Of a DNA stretch of 64,000 bases, positions 25,801 to 38,464 are shown piece by piece. The notes below the pieces were generated by a model that saw nothing but the letters and a program-made list of their open reading frames with translations, was not told where the DNA came from and searched no databases. The stretch spans positions 124,001-188,000 of the forward strand of contig NMRA01000333.1 of the NCBI GenBank assembly GCA_002633005.1. The letters run 5' to 3'. Source of the DNA: Phoronis australis (taxonomy: Eukaryota; Animalia; Phoronida). The position numbers and the translations under genes are program-made. Every line of letters begins with the position of its first letter. The stretch's first letter is position 1.

Positions 25801-28800
25801 AGACTTATTACAAAACTGAGATTGGTCATAAATAGCTGTTTAGACTCTGTGTTGAAAGTACCAGTGGGGTCGATTTCGACGACGGTTGCATGATTTTCTT
25901 TGCAGGACAGCTGCCACCACATTTTTCTTCTCTAAAATTTATTAACTTTACCGTATGTCTTGATTTTGACATTTTTATATATGTATCAATAACCAGTCAG
26001 TTCTGTATATGTAACACTGGTACATTTCTTTAGTTGAAATAGGGTCTTTTTCATGACACTTAAAACAGAAATTTGTGCTTAAGCTCCACACAATCATTTC
26101 TGAGAAACAATTAAATCTCACTTGAGCAAAAGTGCAAAGTTTCTGAGAATGTACACGTAGACTGCTAGTTACATCGCTAATTTTTATAAATTATTTCTCG
26201 ACTGTTATTCACTCATAATTTTGTGGCTAAACTTCGTTCAGAAATTGTTATGTGGGAGCGTATGACCAAATTTCTGTCTGAAAGTCTCAAGTCACTTTCG
26301 TGGAACAGAGCCGTGGACTATTTTCATGATTTTCGTGAGCGCGATTTCCTGAATGTTGTGGAGTGGCAGCTGCAAGCCTCAGTTGCGATCCTCTGGGAGT
26401 TACATGGGTGATTGTTATCAATGATGTCATGTGACACACATGTGACCTTGTCTTCTTGTATTAATTGTAATACTGGTGAGTGATGGAACTTAATCTGTGT
26501 ACGTAACATTTGTTTTTGACGAACTTCTTCTCTCGACTTAATGGTAGGTTACCACCACGCGAAAGAAAAAACAATTTTGGCGATTATGTGGAGAATAGGA
26601 GAAACCAGGAAGACCGTTACCGTGAAGACAACCAAAGAGGCTATCGTGGTAAAGATCAGAATAACTTTAGGGGTCGGAGAGGTCGTGGCGGCTTCAGAGG
26701 TGATCGTAATTGGGTGGAAGAAAATGACAGGTCTCAGCGGGGTAGTAATTATAATGACCGTGATAGAAATCGAGAAAATGCACAAAGGTATAATGACACT
26801 AATTCTCACAGTTATGGCCGAGGTGATCAACGTTACGATGAACCACCGAGGTCACAAGGGTTCAGAGGTCGTGGTGGTAGAGGCCGCGGTAGAGGTGGTG
26901 GTGGCTTCAGTGGCAGCAGACCTGACCGTCACGCGAATACGCGTGAAAATTGGAGCGACGACTCACCGGAGAGCCGTAGAACTGTGTCGCAGACCAGTGC
27001 AGTTAATAGAGCTGCAGACGTAGCCCAAGATAGGGTTAATGTAGAGCCGCATAACAGAAAAGAATCTAATGATAGTAGACCGCGGGAAGGAGTTGAACGC
27101 AAGTCCTATGCAAACGAGCGGAGGAATAAACCGGCGCCTGCTTCTGCCCAAGAGCGCAGCACTTCTAATGAGTCAGAGGGTGACGTGGCAAGGCAGGGGA
27201 CGAGTAGAGGTAGGTGAAGGAGTGTCTTACCGAGTGTTGTTGAGAGACGGAGGGATGGGGAGAATGTTTTGGGAAGAAAGCAATAGAGGCTGTTAACAAG
27301 GGCATAGATAATCTGTAGCAAAGTTGTTCTACAGCTTTATGAATAGGCCATACGTAAACTGCAATTATTACTTTTACCTTTGTTAACTAGCAATGTATCG
27401 CTCGTACGAAAAATACAGATATGCATTTATTGTAACATGCCTATGACCGACTTTAGCGTGATTGGACCTAAACCTTTGATAAAATGGGTTATTGGTGCTT
27501 CTTTCACAAAGGACTCACAACCAAAAAAGGTCATAAGTTTGATTTACACGAATAGCACCTATATATCTTTAACTGTTTCCTGATGTCAATGAAACCTTAA
27601 GCTTAGATAGATTCTTCCAAGATTTATTATGCACCCAGATATAAGTATGTGGGTACATTATGCTGTCATCTCTCTCCGTCTGTCTGGCATCCGTCGCTGT
27701 GTCTCCAAAACTCCTTGATGTATGTTGATGAAATTTAATAGGACTGGTATGTTTCTTTCATGGATGGGATGGCATGAGCAAATTTTCAGACAAATCTTGC
27801 TACTGGTGTGCCCCCTAGTGGCAATATTAGATTTTTATGTTTGCCTGTGTATCGTCGGTGTTCCTGAATGGATTATCATGAAATTGGGCAAATAAGCATC
27901 TGTTTCAATGACGAAACCAGTTTCACGGTTTCAAACGAATTTGACGTATTTTATTTTTATTTCTGTTTTTTGCTCTGTAGTTTTGGAGTTCCTGGATGAA
28001 TTTTTATGAAATTTTATTGATTTTTATGCGCCCACATATTTACATCTGGGTGCATATTACCGTCGTCTCAGTCTGGGCGTCCGGCATCCGCAGCTCTATC
28101 TCCTAAACCCCTTGCAGGATCTTATTGAAATTTGGCAGGTGTGGCAATTTTATTATTTTTTTACTTTTACCTCTGTATCTTCAAAGGTCCTTGATGGATT
28201 TCTATTAAATTTGGCACATAGGCATCTATTAAGGAGGTGACGCTAATCTTTCGTTTTCGGATGGATTCGAGGTACTTTGCGCCACCTAGTGGCCATTTTT
28301 ACTGTTTTCAAGTCTGTTTTTGGCGTCCGTCCCTCCATCAACCGAACCACTCTAAGGATGATTGTGAAAACTGGCGTGTATGTTCTTACTATGAAGAGGA
28401 CAGTCAACGATGATTTTCCGATGACTTTGACTACTGTGGCGCCGCCTAGTGGCAGTTTTGTTTCTTTTTGCGCCCATGGCTCTATCTCCTAAATGCTCTA
28501 CAATAGCAAATGTGTTTATATGAAGTTAACAACGGAAGACGATGACTTTCAGACGGGCCCGACTAACACTGCCCCCAGTGGCATTTCATTTTTTCTGTTT
28601 TCCTCTGTTTCTCTGATGTTCCTTGATGAATTTTCATGAAAGTTTTTAAATAGCTTTCTTTTAAAGAAACTGTGACATTTTTCGGTTTTCAGATGGATTC
28701 AACATATTTTGCGCCATCTAGTGGCCATTTTTACTGTTTTCTAGTCTCTTTTTGCCGTCTGCTCTCTGTCAACCAAACCACTCTTAGGATGATTGTGAAA

Positions 28801-30663
28801 ATTGACGTATATATTGTTAGTGTGAAGAGGGCATTTGACGATGATTTCTTGGCTTCAATTACTGTGGCGCCTATTAGTGGCAGTTTTTTTGCTAAAGTTT
28901 CTTGACGGATTTTCATGAAATGTGGTAAATAGCTTTCTGATAAAACACGGTGACATTTTCCAGTTTTTTTGATGGATTCGAAATATTTTACATTTTTATG
29001 ATACAAATAAAGTTAACACCCTAGATGCACACCATTTGCAGTACATTCGTCGGCGCATTTCAGAGCTCTGCGTTGCTTTTCTTTGTTAAAGAGGCAATGA
29101 CATCTTTCCGTTGTCAGATGTATTGGACGTAGTGCACTCCATCAAGTGGCCGTTTTTATTATTTTTGAGTCCGTTTTTGCCATCTGCCTCTCTGTCGGTC
29201 AAACCACCATAGGATGGTTCTGAAAATTGACATACATATCTCTGTGCTGTGAAGAGGACATGGGATGATGATTTTTGAACGGCACCGACTATTGTGGTGC
29301 CTCCTAGTGGACGTTTTGTTTTCGTAGTGTCCGTGGCTCTATATCCCAAACCCTCTGCAATATCGTTAAAAAATTTGGCTATTGTATTCATATGACGGTG
29401 ACAATGAACGGCAACAACGGTCTGACGGATCCGACTTTGTTTTCCTCTGTATAATTGGAGTTATTTGGTGGATTTTTATGAAATTTGGTAAATAGGTTTT
29501 TATTAATGTGGCGATGACACCTTGTCATTTTCATATGGGTTTGACATAGTGTACACCTCCTAGTGGCCGTTTTTATGATGTTTTAGTCTGTTTTTTTTTT
29601 GGCATCCATCTGTGTAGTGACCAAAGCACTCTAAGAATCATAATGAAAATTAGTGGGAAGACCACCATTGATGATGTTTGGACAGTTGGACTACTGTGGC
29701 GCCCCCTAGTAGCAGTTATGCCTTATTTGCATCTACGGCTGTTTCTCGCCGCTAGATCTTTATGAAATTTGACAAGTGTGTTTCTTATCTGACTACCACT
29801 GTGCCCCCATTGCCCATGGGCGGCACAGCTATAGCCCCCCCAAGCCCCCTGTGGTGCGCCACCTATGGTGCCAGTTTTAATTTTACAGGCTTAGCAAGTG
29901 TGTTCTGATTGAGGAGAGTATTGCTGACTAGCTATGCGCCCCCTAGAGGCTATTTTACTAGCATTGCTAAATTTAGTGAGAATGTTTAAAATAGTATTCA
30001 TCTCTTGTATCTACGCTATATGCGTCACACACATATTAACACTCTGCGTTGGTCTTGTTTTTAATGAGACTTTGACCCAAAAACATAATTACAGGTGGTT
30101 TGGTACACGTTGTACCAGATGTGCGCAGACCGCGCATGTAAGCCCATTGTACTGATTACCTGGAACCGTTTTTGTGCTTTATAGAGATAAAAACTGGGAT
30201 GCGAGATGGGGAGCTAGAAACCTGACTCAGGGGTAGTGTGGCCCTGTGGGACTCGAACCCACGACCTTGGGTAAAGAAATCGGGCACCTGTCACACTAGC
30301 CCACACTACCTCCAGTACATTGGCCTAACTTAATGTGACTGTTTAGTGAAACAGCCTCTGGATTGGAAGATTTATTTATTTCCAATAATTACAGCTAATC
30401 ATCAGACACCTGCCACACAGCCAGTTGTGCAGGAGCAGTCTTCAGGGTTCACCAGCCAGAAATCTGATGCTCACCAACCCCGTCCTAAACGATATTCGTC
30501 GCAGCGTCAGCGCAATCTACCTGAACCGAGCTACCCAGAATCTGGCCCAGGTACTCCTCCGCTAGCGCCACCAGCTGGCCCGCCTCAGTACTACCCTGCC
30601 CCCATGGCTTATCCACAACAGCAACAACAACAACAACAACAACAGCAAAAACAGCAGCAGCAG

Positions 30664-30694
<31 letters not shown>

Positions 30695-33600
30695 CTGGCT
30701 TTGTGGATGCGTCAGCACCGGGTCAACCACATGTGCGCCAGCCTATAAGATATCACGTACCTCCAGGAGGTGAGTAGCACTACCAAGTACATAGCTTCAA
30801 CTTGTTATAACGTAATTTAGAAATAAGCGAGACACAGGCTCGTGTAGATCTATACTGCCTGTCCAAATACCACATGTCAAAATTACCATTTACCTTGTTC
30901 TGAGCAGAAAATCCATAGTCAGCGTTTTGAAATATTCTTTTGTGGCACTGCCTATAACATCTGTGAATTTATGTTCCTAAAAATAAGAAAAGAAAAACAA
31001 AAGATTCCATTTTTTCATTTTAGGTTTGTGTGCACTGTGGTCTGGAATTCGACCTATAAAATTTTGCATGTACACCCTCCTAAACTGGGTCACCAGGCTC
31101 ATCAGTGACCATCGAGAACATAAGTTTTATGAACATTTGCTCGCGTCAATTTAGCTCTTCTTTGATGGTCATGCTTCATTCGCTGTTCACCATTTCTTAA
31201 AGGAGCTTTAAACCGCCCTCTGTCATGAAAAAAAATTTAGGTAGACTACACACCATTGTGAAATTGGTCTCAAATTGTTCCTTAATTAAAATAAATTTGT
31301 TTTCGTGGGCTTGGAAAGAACTGACAGTTGGTTATTGCTTCATACGAGACTTTACAAGTTGTCTTGTCACAACATGTTGTCTTGTCTTGACAATTTGTGT
31401 TGTCATGACAAGTCATTTTGTTCACCAAGCATGGTTTCTTGGAATAAGGAACAGGCAGTTCCTTGCAGGCTCTAAATTCCCTTCTCATCTGAGTAAAGAT
31501 TAAATTGAGACCAATTTTGTAGCAGTAAGTGGTGTAAATCAGAATTTGGTTTCTGCGACGAAATGCAGGTTCATTGCTGCTTTAATAACTCACAACTGAC
31601 TTCAAAACAAGCAGCATCTTTCTCTTGACTGAAGACAAAGTCACATGACTTTGCCGTGGTTGGATATTCTTTCTGGTGGTTCAGCAGAAATAACCAATGA
31701 AGATATGTCGGCAAAGGCTAATTAGCGTATTCTCGTATAGTAAATATGGGCCCCACTATGAAGCTCAGGACAGTTAGCCAGAGTTGTAGTGAATATTGTG
31801 ATCACGTGATCTTTATGAAGCTTTGAGATAATATCAAGCAGCTAAGTGTACCTTCTAGTTGGGAGTTAAACAGATCAAATTTATAATAAATATTGGGGAG
31901 ATTTCGTTGGTCTTGAGGTCACCAGCAAGGAATTTTTAACTTACATTCTCATATTTTTTCAGTAAATTAATAAATAGGGAGTCAGAAATGCACTACTTTT
32001 ATTGTTACTATTCTTGTGTGATAATTTAACTGAATGATTACTGTGGCTGCCTTACCTTAAAACGCATCAACTTTCAGTTCAATCTTATCATCGTTCTTTA
32101 TTACCCGCCTCAGGTCCCGTGCCGCAGATCTCCAGCCCGCCACGTGTCTACTCTGTGCCTGCCACCATGGGCCAGGCCACGCCCATGATACCTGCTGGCT
32201 TCGTCCCTTCACCGGGCATGCTCAGTTTCCCGCCACCTGTCTCACACTACCAGCTTCCGGCGGGAGTGGCTGTACCGGGTGGGCCGACGCCGGTTGCCCT
32301 GGGCCCTCGGGTGCCAGCGTATGTGGCCACAGGCTCACCACAGCCTGCCCCGGCGCAGATGGTGCCAGTCATGGCGACGCCACCTCAAGTTGCTGTTGCA
32401 CCACAAGTGCCACCCATGCAGACACCAGTGAGTGTGCTTGTTGCTACATTTGTGCATATTTAAGCTCATGTATTTGTATGTGCCCGCCCACACATGCCGT
32501 CAATCACCGTTGGACCATTTTGCATCCAACTGGTGTCTGCTGGTGTACCTTCAAAACCCATTGATGGATGTTGGTGGGATGGCACGAGTGAGTTATCAGT
32601 CTGATTTGACTACCACTGAGCTCCCTAGTGCAATTTTGCTTTTTACGTTTGCCTCTATAGCTGCCGAGCTCCTTGACAGATTTTCATAAAATTAGGCAAA
32701 TAGTTATCCATTGTCAGACGAATTCTACATAATCCTCTGTTTTTGTCATCTGTTTCTCTATTTGCCAAACCACTTGTAATTTTGTGGAATTGTTATGAAA
32801 TTTCAAATTGAGATGAACATTGCTAACAGATGGGTCGAACTACTGTGGTGCACCCCAGTGCGAAATCAGCTTTTCTTTGTATTCCTCTATATGTACCAAG
32901 TTCTTCCTGAATTTTCATAAAATATGGAGATGGCAGCGCATGCTTTATTTCAGACAGATTTGCAGCAAACTCGCTATCTGCTAGGATTTCATTATTTGCT
33001 AATTTTCCGATGACTACACTGCACTAAGTTCAATGATGTTACTTTCTCTAATGTGTGAAAACAAAAAATCCTCACCCTCACATCCTTGCCAACAAACATG
33101 GTGGGTTCATGTCAGCACTATACCTTCTTCTTGTACTCATTAAGCTAATTGTTGACCTGCGTATTTTTTTTAAATGCAACCTCATGTTAGTAAGTTAACA
33201 GTTTTTCTGAACTAGCTTTGTGGCTTTTATACTGTCAAGTTGCATCGTTTACAATTTTTCTGTTATAGTTTATTTTGATACCCCTCGTGTTTTAGGACGT
33301 AGGTTTAGGTCTTATTTTACACGAGAAGGAATGCCAATTTCAAGTTTGAGATTGCCCTGATTTTTGTTTTCACTAGATGGTGGTTATAGACTATGTATTA
33401 GGGTAGTTAATTTAAAAAAATAAGTTTAGTTGATGTGAATTATCCAAGACAAAGAAGTTTCTTCTTTAAAAAATTGAAATTTGTTGATTTACCTTGAATT
33501 AAGTCACATTTAATGTCTACACTCATGTTTATGCCTGTTCTCGTGTTTGGTATGATGTCATTGTGAAATTTGATGTTGTACATTCTTGTTTATGGCCATT

Positions 33601-34732
33601 TCAACAAGACTAAACACAAAACCAACATTTTTAATTCAAATAATGTGTTATTTGAAATCAAAAATAATATTTAAATATTTTATAAATCAATTTATGCTGT
33701 AAAACAACGACTGCTTTGTGGCTTTTTGTGCTAACTAACTTAAATGTTCGCATATAGGCGCTTGTGCATACCTCAGAATAATTGTGCAGCCTCACATGCA
33801 GGTGCATATACTATAGAATAATTGTGCAGCCTCACATGCTGGTGCATATACTATAGGAGCCAGATGAAGATTGTCAGAAGAACACAAAGTCTGTTGATTT
33901 CCGGAAATATTTGTACAGATTTTTGTGAAATGTTCCTGCATTAAAATATTACCTTTTGACACTCCTCAGGAAGTCTTATTCAAAACGAAATTTTTTTAGT
34001 GGAGCAAAAATGTTCACCATCTCCAACTAGTTAGCAAACCCAAATTTTGTGCTGTTGATTTAGTCCTGGTATTCTGATGGTACGTTGCAGGTGTCTGGCA
34101 TGGAGGGTGTGGACATCCGAGGTACTGTGTACTTTAAAACGGACTCACCGTCGATGAGCCCAAGCGCACCATCCGGCACGACGTACTACAACCCCGACAC
34201 GCAAGCTGCATCACCCAAAGTGCGTCCAGCCAAACCCAGTGGTATCACGTACTACTCACCAGATCAACAGCTGCAACCCAGCCCCAGTCGGTCCCCGGTG
34301 CGCCGTACCAAAGCAGCCATACCAATTGTCAAGCCTGATAATGGAGCGAGCGTCGGGGATGCGTCTGGAAGTGTTCCTGTCGACACCGAAATGACTCGAC
34401 CATCAGAAAAACTGGACTCACACCTGGTGTCAGGGGATATCAGTGTTGAGGGGAAAACTGAACGTGATGAGCGGAGTGCAAATATGAACACGGATGTTGG
34501 CGAGTCGGCTGTTCAAAGTGAGGCCGGTCAGTCGGTGGGGGCGCCGGTATTGGTGGCCACAGTCAAGCACGAGCCTTCCCCACTTGAATTGGTGTACAGA
34601 CAGCCTAACATGGACTACAATAAGCAGGAGGAGAATCCTGTCACTGATGAAACAAAGCACACAGTCACAGAGGCCGGGGATCACCCCGATGGTATTAACA
34701 AGAGTGAATCTTCCACGGAAAATGTGGATTGA
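19822..34732 (+). CDS. CASC3: Exon-junction-complex protein CASC3 (Barentsz/MLN51), 9 coding exons, ~855 aa
   Basis: Exons 19822-19902, 23243-23341, 23554-23643, 24307-24443, 25013-25180, 26548-27209, 30395-30769, 32114-32427, 34091-34732; all GT-AG, frame-consistent (2568 nt). Motifs MADRRRRR, ERQSGDG, Btz/SELOR LDDDEDKKNPAYIPRKGAFYEHD and KLWK..RWDHDKY..QAPKSREEIVAIYGYDIR, KRYSSQRQR, GxTYYxP. Confidence 0.96.
20105..22560. mobile_element. Nested non-autonomous DNA transposon fragments in CASC3 intron 1
   Basis: hAT-like start CAGGGCTCGACA at ~20105 with GCGACCTG/GCGAGCTG subterminal repeats; second terminus CATGCCCGTAGCCAGGGG at ~22150 is the inverse of CTGGCTACGGGCCTG at 836-850; right ends not resolved. 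Confidence 0.45.
27622..29950 (+). mobile_element. Helentron/DINE-like non-autonomous elements with internal tandem repeats (CASC3 intron 6)
   Basis: Two heads (T-run, ATGCRCCC..TGGGTRCAT hairpin, CCGTC-type microsatellite) at ~27622 and ~28020; ~140/290-bp degenerate repeats; 3' end GGCGCAT + CAGAGCTCTG palindrome + T-run at 29051-29085. Confidence 0.7.
29815..29867. mobile_element. 53-bp micro-MITE
   Basis: CATGGGCGGCAC...GTGCGCCACCTATG, flanks TTGCC/GTGCC; same family as 50514-50587. Confidence 0.55.
30231..30310 (-). repeat. tRNA-derived SINE / tRNA pseudogene
   Basis: Minus strand GGTAGTGTGGGCTAGTG...GTGGGTTCGAGTCCCAC..CACTACC: A-box-like, perfect T-arm and B-box, but poor anticodon stem and extra bases before the 3' acceptor strand. 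Confidence 0.6.
30616..30693 (+). repeat. CAA/CAG trinucleotide repeat (polyQ) in CASC3 exon 7
   Basis: About 25 Gln codons interrupted by one AAA (Lys). Confidence 0.9.
32590..33135 (+). repeat. Diverged copy of the intron-6 Helentron-like repeat (CASC3 intron 8)
   Basis: Shares GACTACCACTG..CCCTAGTG, TTTTCATAAAATT and ACTACTGTGGTGCACCCCAGTG with 27622-29950. Confidence 0.55.
33763..33856. repeat. 38-bp tandem duplication
   Basis: AGAATAATTGTGCAGCCTCACATGC(A/T)GGTGCATATACTAT twice. Confidence 0.8.
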
Positions 34733-37731
34733 TTCGCACACTCGTTGTTAGTTCAATTAAACATTTGTACGTCCCTATGAGTTACGAACAGTTGATTGTA
34801 ATGGTTTCAAGCTTCACTCACTTTTGGTTTATAATGTAATAAAAAATACATTTAGATCGCGCGGAGCTGTTAGTGTGTTTTTGCACTTGTATTTATTAAG
34901 TGTTGATTATCGATGGGAAACATTGTGGAAAGTCAATTTATTTCGATTCATTGCTTGACGTGATATGATTTCATGTAACCACATTTTCCATTGAGAGCAA
35001 AATATGCATGATTTTTGTGTTCTTGCATTTGCATGTAGCAAAATTCACAGTCTTTTTACCTTGAAGCTGCATTTTGCCCTGTTTCATTGGCTAAAAAGCG
35101 AAAATTAAATTGGGCATTATACTGTCGTAAAATTGGTTTACTCATTTCCCTTACTGCGATTGGATTATGTTACCTTTACCAACAAGAACTTCAAAACTTA
35201 TCAGAGACGATACTTCACTGGGATTGGTCAACCTTAAAATTAACAATAAAAATGGCACATGGATTTGTTGTATGTAACTTGAGTCATTCTGGAGAAATTC
35301 AAGATTGCATAAGCGTGGTATTGTTTTAACCCAAAGCACTTCGGTTAAAAATTTAACATTGGTGGCTAAACAGCGGCAAAATGGCCCTTGGACATTGTGT
35401 ACTTTTTCCTCGGTTTCTAACAGTAGTTTTCTAAATAAACTGGACAAAATTCGACCGAAGTCTCAGACTCCACTGCCAATCTTGGACAAACTGCTTGCCA
35501 TCATAATTTGGCAGTTTAGCGGGTGAACAATGAAATAGCTATTTTTGTCAAACTTTGATGTGATGTTATTGCGCCAAACTGTTGTTTTTTTGTGAATGGA
35601 CCTTGGTAAGTTGTCAAAATTTTGACAAAGTGCATTGAGCAACAGCTGTCAAGATTTAGCCAGAATTGAAAATGAATGGTTAAGTCATGGTTGTGTGCGT
35701 CAAAACCTTGTAGAATTTTGAGGTTAACCATCCAGTTCATTTTGAAAACTGCCGTACATTTCAGGCTTTCTAAGCTACAGACTTCTGTCATGTAATCAAA
35801 TGTACTCTCGCTATGTTTCAGTGCTAACAACATCGTGTGTGGAATATATTTCAGTATGCATTGAACGTATCGCTCAAGTTGTATTCAGGCACGGGAGAAA
35901 TCTTTTCTGTCGTGTATACTGTAGCTTGCTAACACATTTACCTGTGTTAAAATTTTCTGCTAAGGGAGACGTAGCTATGTAACTGGTTGAAGGATTTCTC
36001 ACTGTGGTTGTGTTGAAGCCCATAATGCAACACTTTGCGTCACCTGCATGAATACAACGCAGCACATTTTCCCAAAAAAATTTTTAAAAAGGAAGGATAA
36101 GGTGATGGCTGGGGAGACTTGTATCACGTCCATGACACGACACAGTTTGGACAGAGTGCTCGATTTGTGTCACTAAATATTGTTAATAGGAGTGTTGCGG
36201 ACAAATAATGGCGAGAAGAACTCACATTGAGAAGTGAGCGATTGAGTCACAGTGACTGTGTTATTGTAAGAGATATCTCTTGCTAGAACTGAAAATTTCA
36301 AAATTGCACATGTCAAGAGTCGTGTGGCAGGTCTATTAAGTGCACAGTCTGAGGGGAGATAACTTCTTCACCTGCAGGCTATAGTGCAACATACTGTTGA
36401 AACAATACACTATTGTGGGCTTATATAGTAAATTACTCTCCTCTCTTTCTCTCTCTCATTAATTGTAGGTTGTAGGTATTCACGAAAACTTATTATTGCA
36501 ATTAACTTGATGAGTGGTCACTTGTTATGACTTGCTTAGACGAAATTAAGTTGACGAACACAGATTTTTTCAACTCTGTTCGTCCAGCACTTACAGACTG
36601 ACAGTAGTCGCATATGCTAGATGTATGAGCGGAATCTTTTGACGGTAAAAGGTCATCACAGTTCATTGTCCATGTAACATCCTGGGTTGGAGTCCTTTGC
36701 AGTGGCATTAAAGTCAGGTGGAAAGCTTGGAAACTGCGATAAATTAAGTTTGAGGTGACAAATCAAGCAACGAGCAACCTCACTCAATCTTTGGTGTAAG
36801 ACGTGGAAATTTAAAAATGCAAACTAGCACCTGTAAATGTTCCTCCTCAAACTACGAACTAATGCAAAAGGTTCACAGGTGGCGCTGCGTGTGACTTATT
36901 GTTAACACTTCCTCATTCGGGAATCTGGTCTAGTTCCATCAATGGAGTTCACCCAGGTTTTAGCTAAAATGGTGTTTGATTTTATTTAGGGCGCTGTTCC
37001 TTTACGTAACTTGTGAAGGCTGTCATTCAAGTTTGAATATGAAAAATTACCAACTTTGCAAATTTTCGCTCTTTCAAAATTTTAAAAAATGCAGTGCCAC
37101 ATTTGCAGTAGTTTGCTTGCAACCATTTTTACTACGACTTTTTTTAAAATGAGTCGGGGCCCGTTTTAAAGAGCTGTGCTTGCTTTAAAAGTCGTGAATA
37201 TGGTTTTGGCAAATGTGATCATATTTAAGTTTTTATTCCAGAACAATTCATTGTCATGGTTTATGAATGTGTCTACTCGACGCAAGTGTGAATGAACTTT
37301 GATCATACTCGTGTCTGAAGCAAGTGTTTCTTTGATGCAAATATGGAGTGTTGCCTTTGCAAAAATGTGCCCACGATTGTCTTTGTTACGACCAGACTTG
37401 TTGTAATCTTTGGTAAAACAGACCCCTGAATTCTGAAGGTAAAGGTCTTGATTTTATGTTCCTTCTCTGCAGTTGTAACCCTTTCTACGGGACTGGGCGT
37501 ATTTGTGTTTCAAATGCTTGCAGTCATTTGTTCCTGTATGCGCCCATAAAATGACCTAGTTTTTCATTGCAATAAAATTAGTAAATATTGAGGAAAAGAC
37601 TGAAAACTTATTGTAACTATGCCAAATGTTTACTTGAAATTAGGACAGGAATGTTTTGATTTTGTGAATATTTGTGACTTGTATGTATTAGATTAAGAAA
37701 TTTTCATCAACTGTTGTTTCATCGCTTGTGA

Positions 37732-37832
37732 ATAACTCCATGGTCACTCAGTGTCCATGACTCCTTGGTCACTCAGTGTCCATGACTCCTTGGTCACTTC
37801 GTGTCCATAACTCCATGGTTACTCAATGTCCC
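37732..37832. repeat. 25-bp minisatellite, 4 copies
   Basis: AT(A/G)ACTCC(A/T)TGGTCACTCAGTGTCC units. Confidence 0.85.
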
Positions 37833-38464
37833 CAGTGTACAGAATTAAAGTTTAGCGTGTGCATCTGTAAAACATCTTATTGTCTCTTTGTTTTAGATTT
37901 GTAGTGTTAAGTTTTTCTGTGATAGTGCAGACGCTGCACTGGCTATTGTTATTATTTTGTTGACTCTGTTAATGTTGTACAATTTCAACTGCCGCTGTTA
38001 ATATTTAATGAACTTTCATAGCATTCAGCATCTATCTTGTGTGCCCGTGTGTATATTGTACTTAAGCATAGATAAATATAAATAACACATTACATACAAC
38101 TGCCTTCGACTTTCTTGTTAATCAGTGCTCAGGGTTTAATATCTTGCATATATCTCAACACGAACTTGGACATAAATTTATAACAGCAATCGTCAGACCG
38201 CCTTTTGTCAAAACAAAGTCTACAGAAATCTATGCCACAATACATCAAGTGACTCCACTCAAAGCTGAACGTCTCTTCAACTTCCAAGCACATTTGTCAG
38301 GAAGCATCTCTTTGACTGAAGTGGCAAACACTTGACACTCTAAGCATAAACAGACACACTTCCGCTGTTAAAACCATCAGAAAAGACGGCTATTTTCATC
38401 AATAGTCAAACTGGTTTTCTATTCACACATCGCGCATGTTTGTGTTCATGTATACACTCCACTT

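Noticed and set aside
26541-27023. Alternative-frame and antisense ORFs over CASC3 exons (also 30485-30730, 34430-34751)
   Set aside because: Shadows of low-complexity coding exons.
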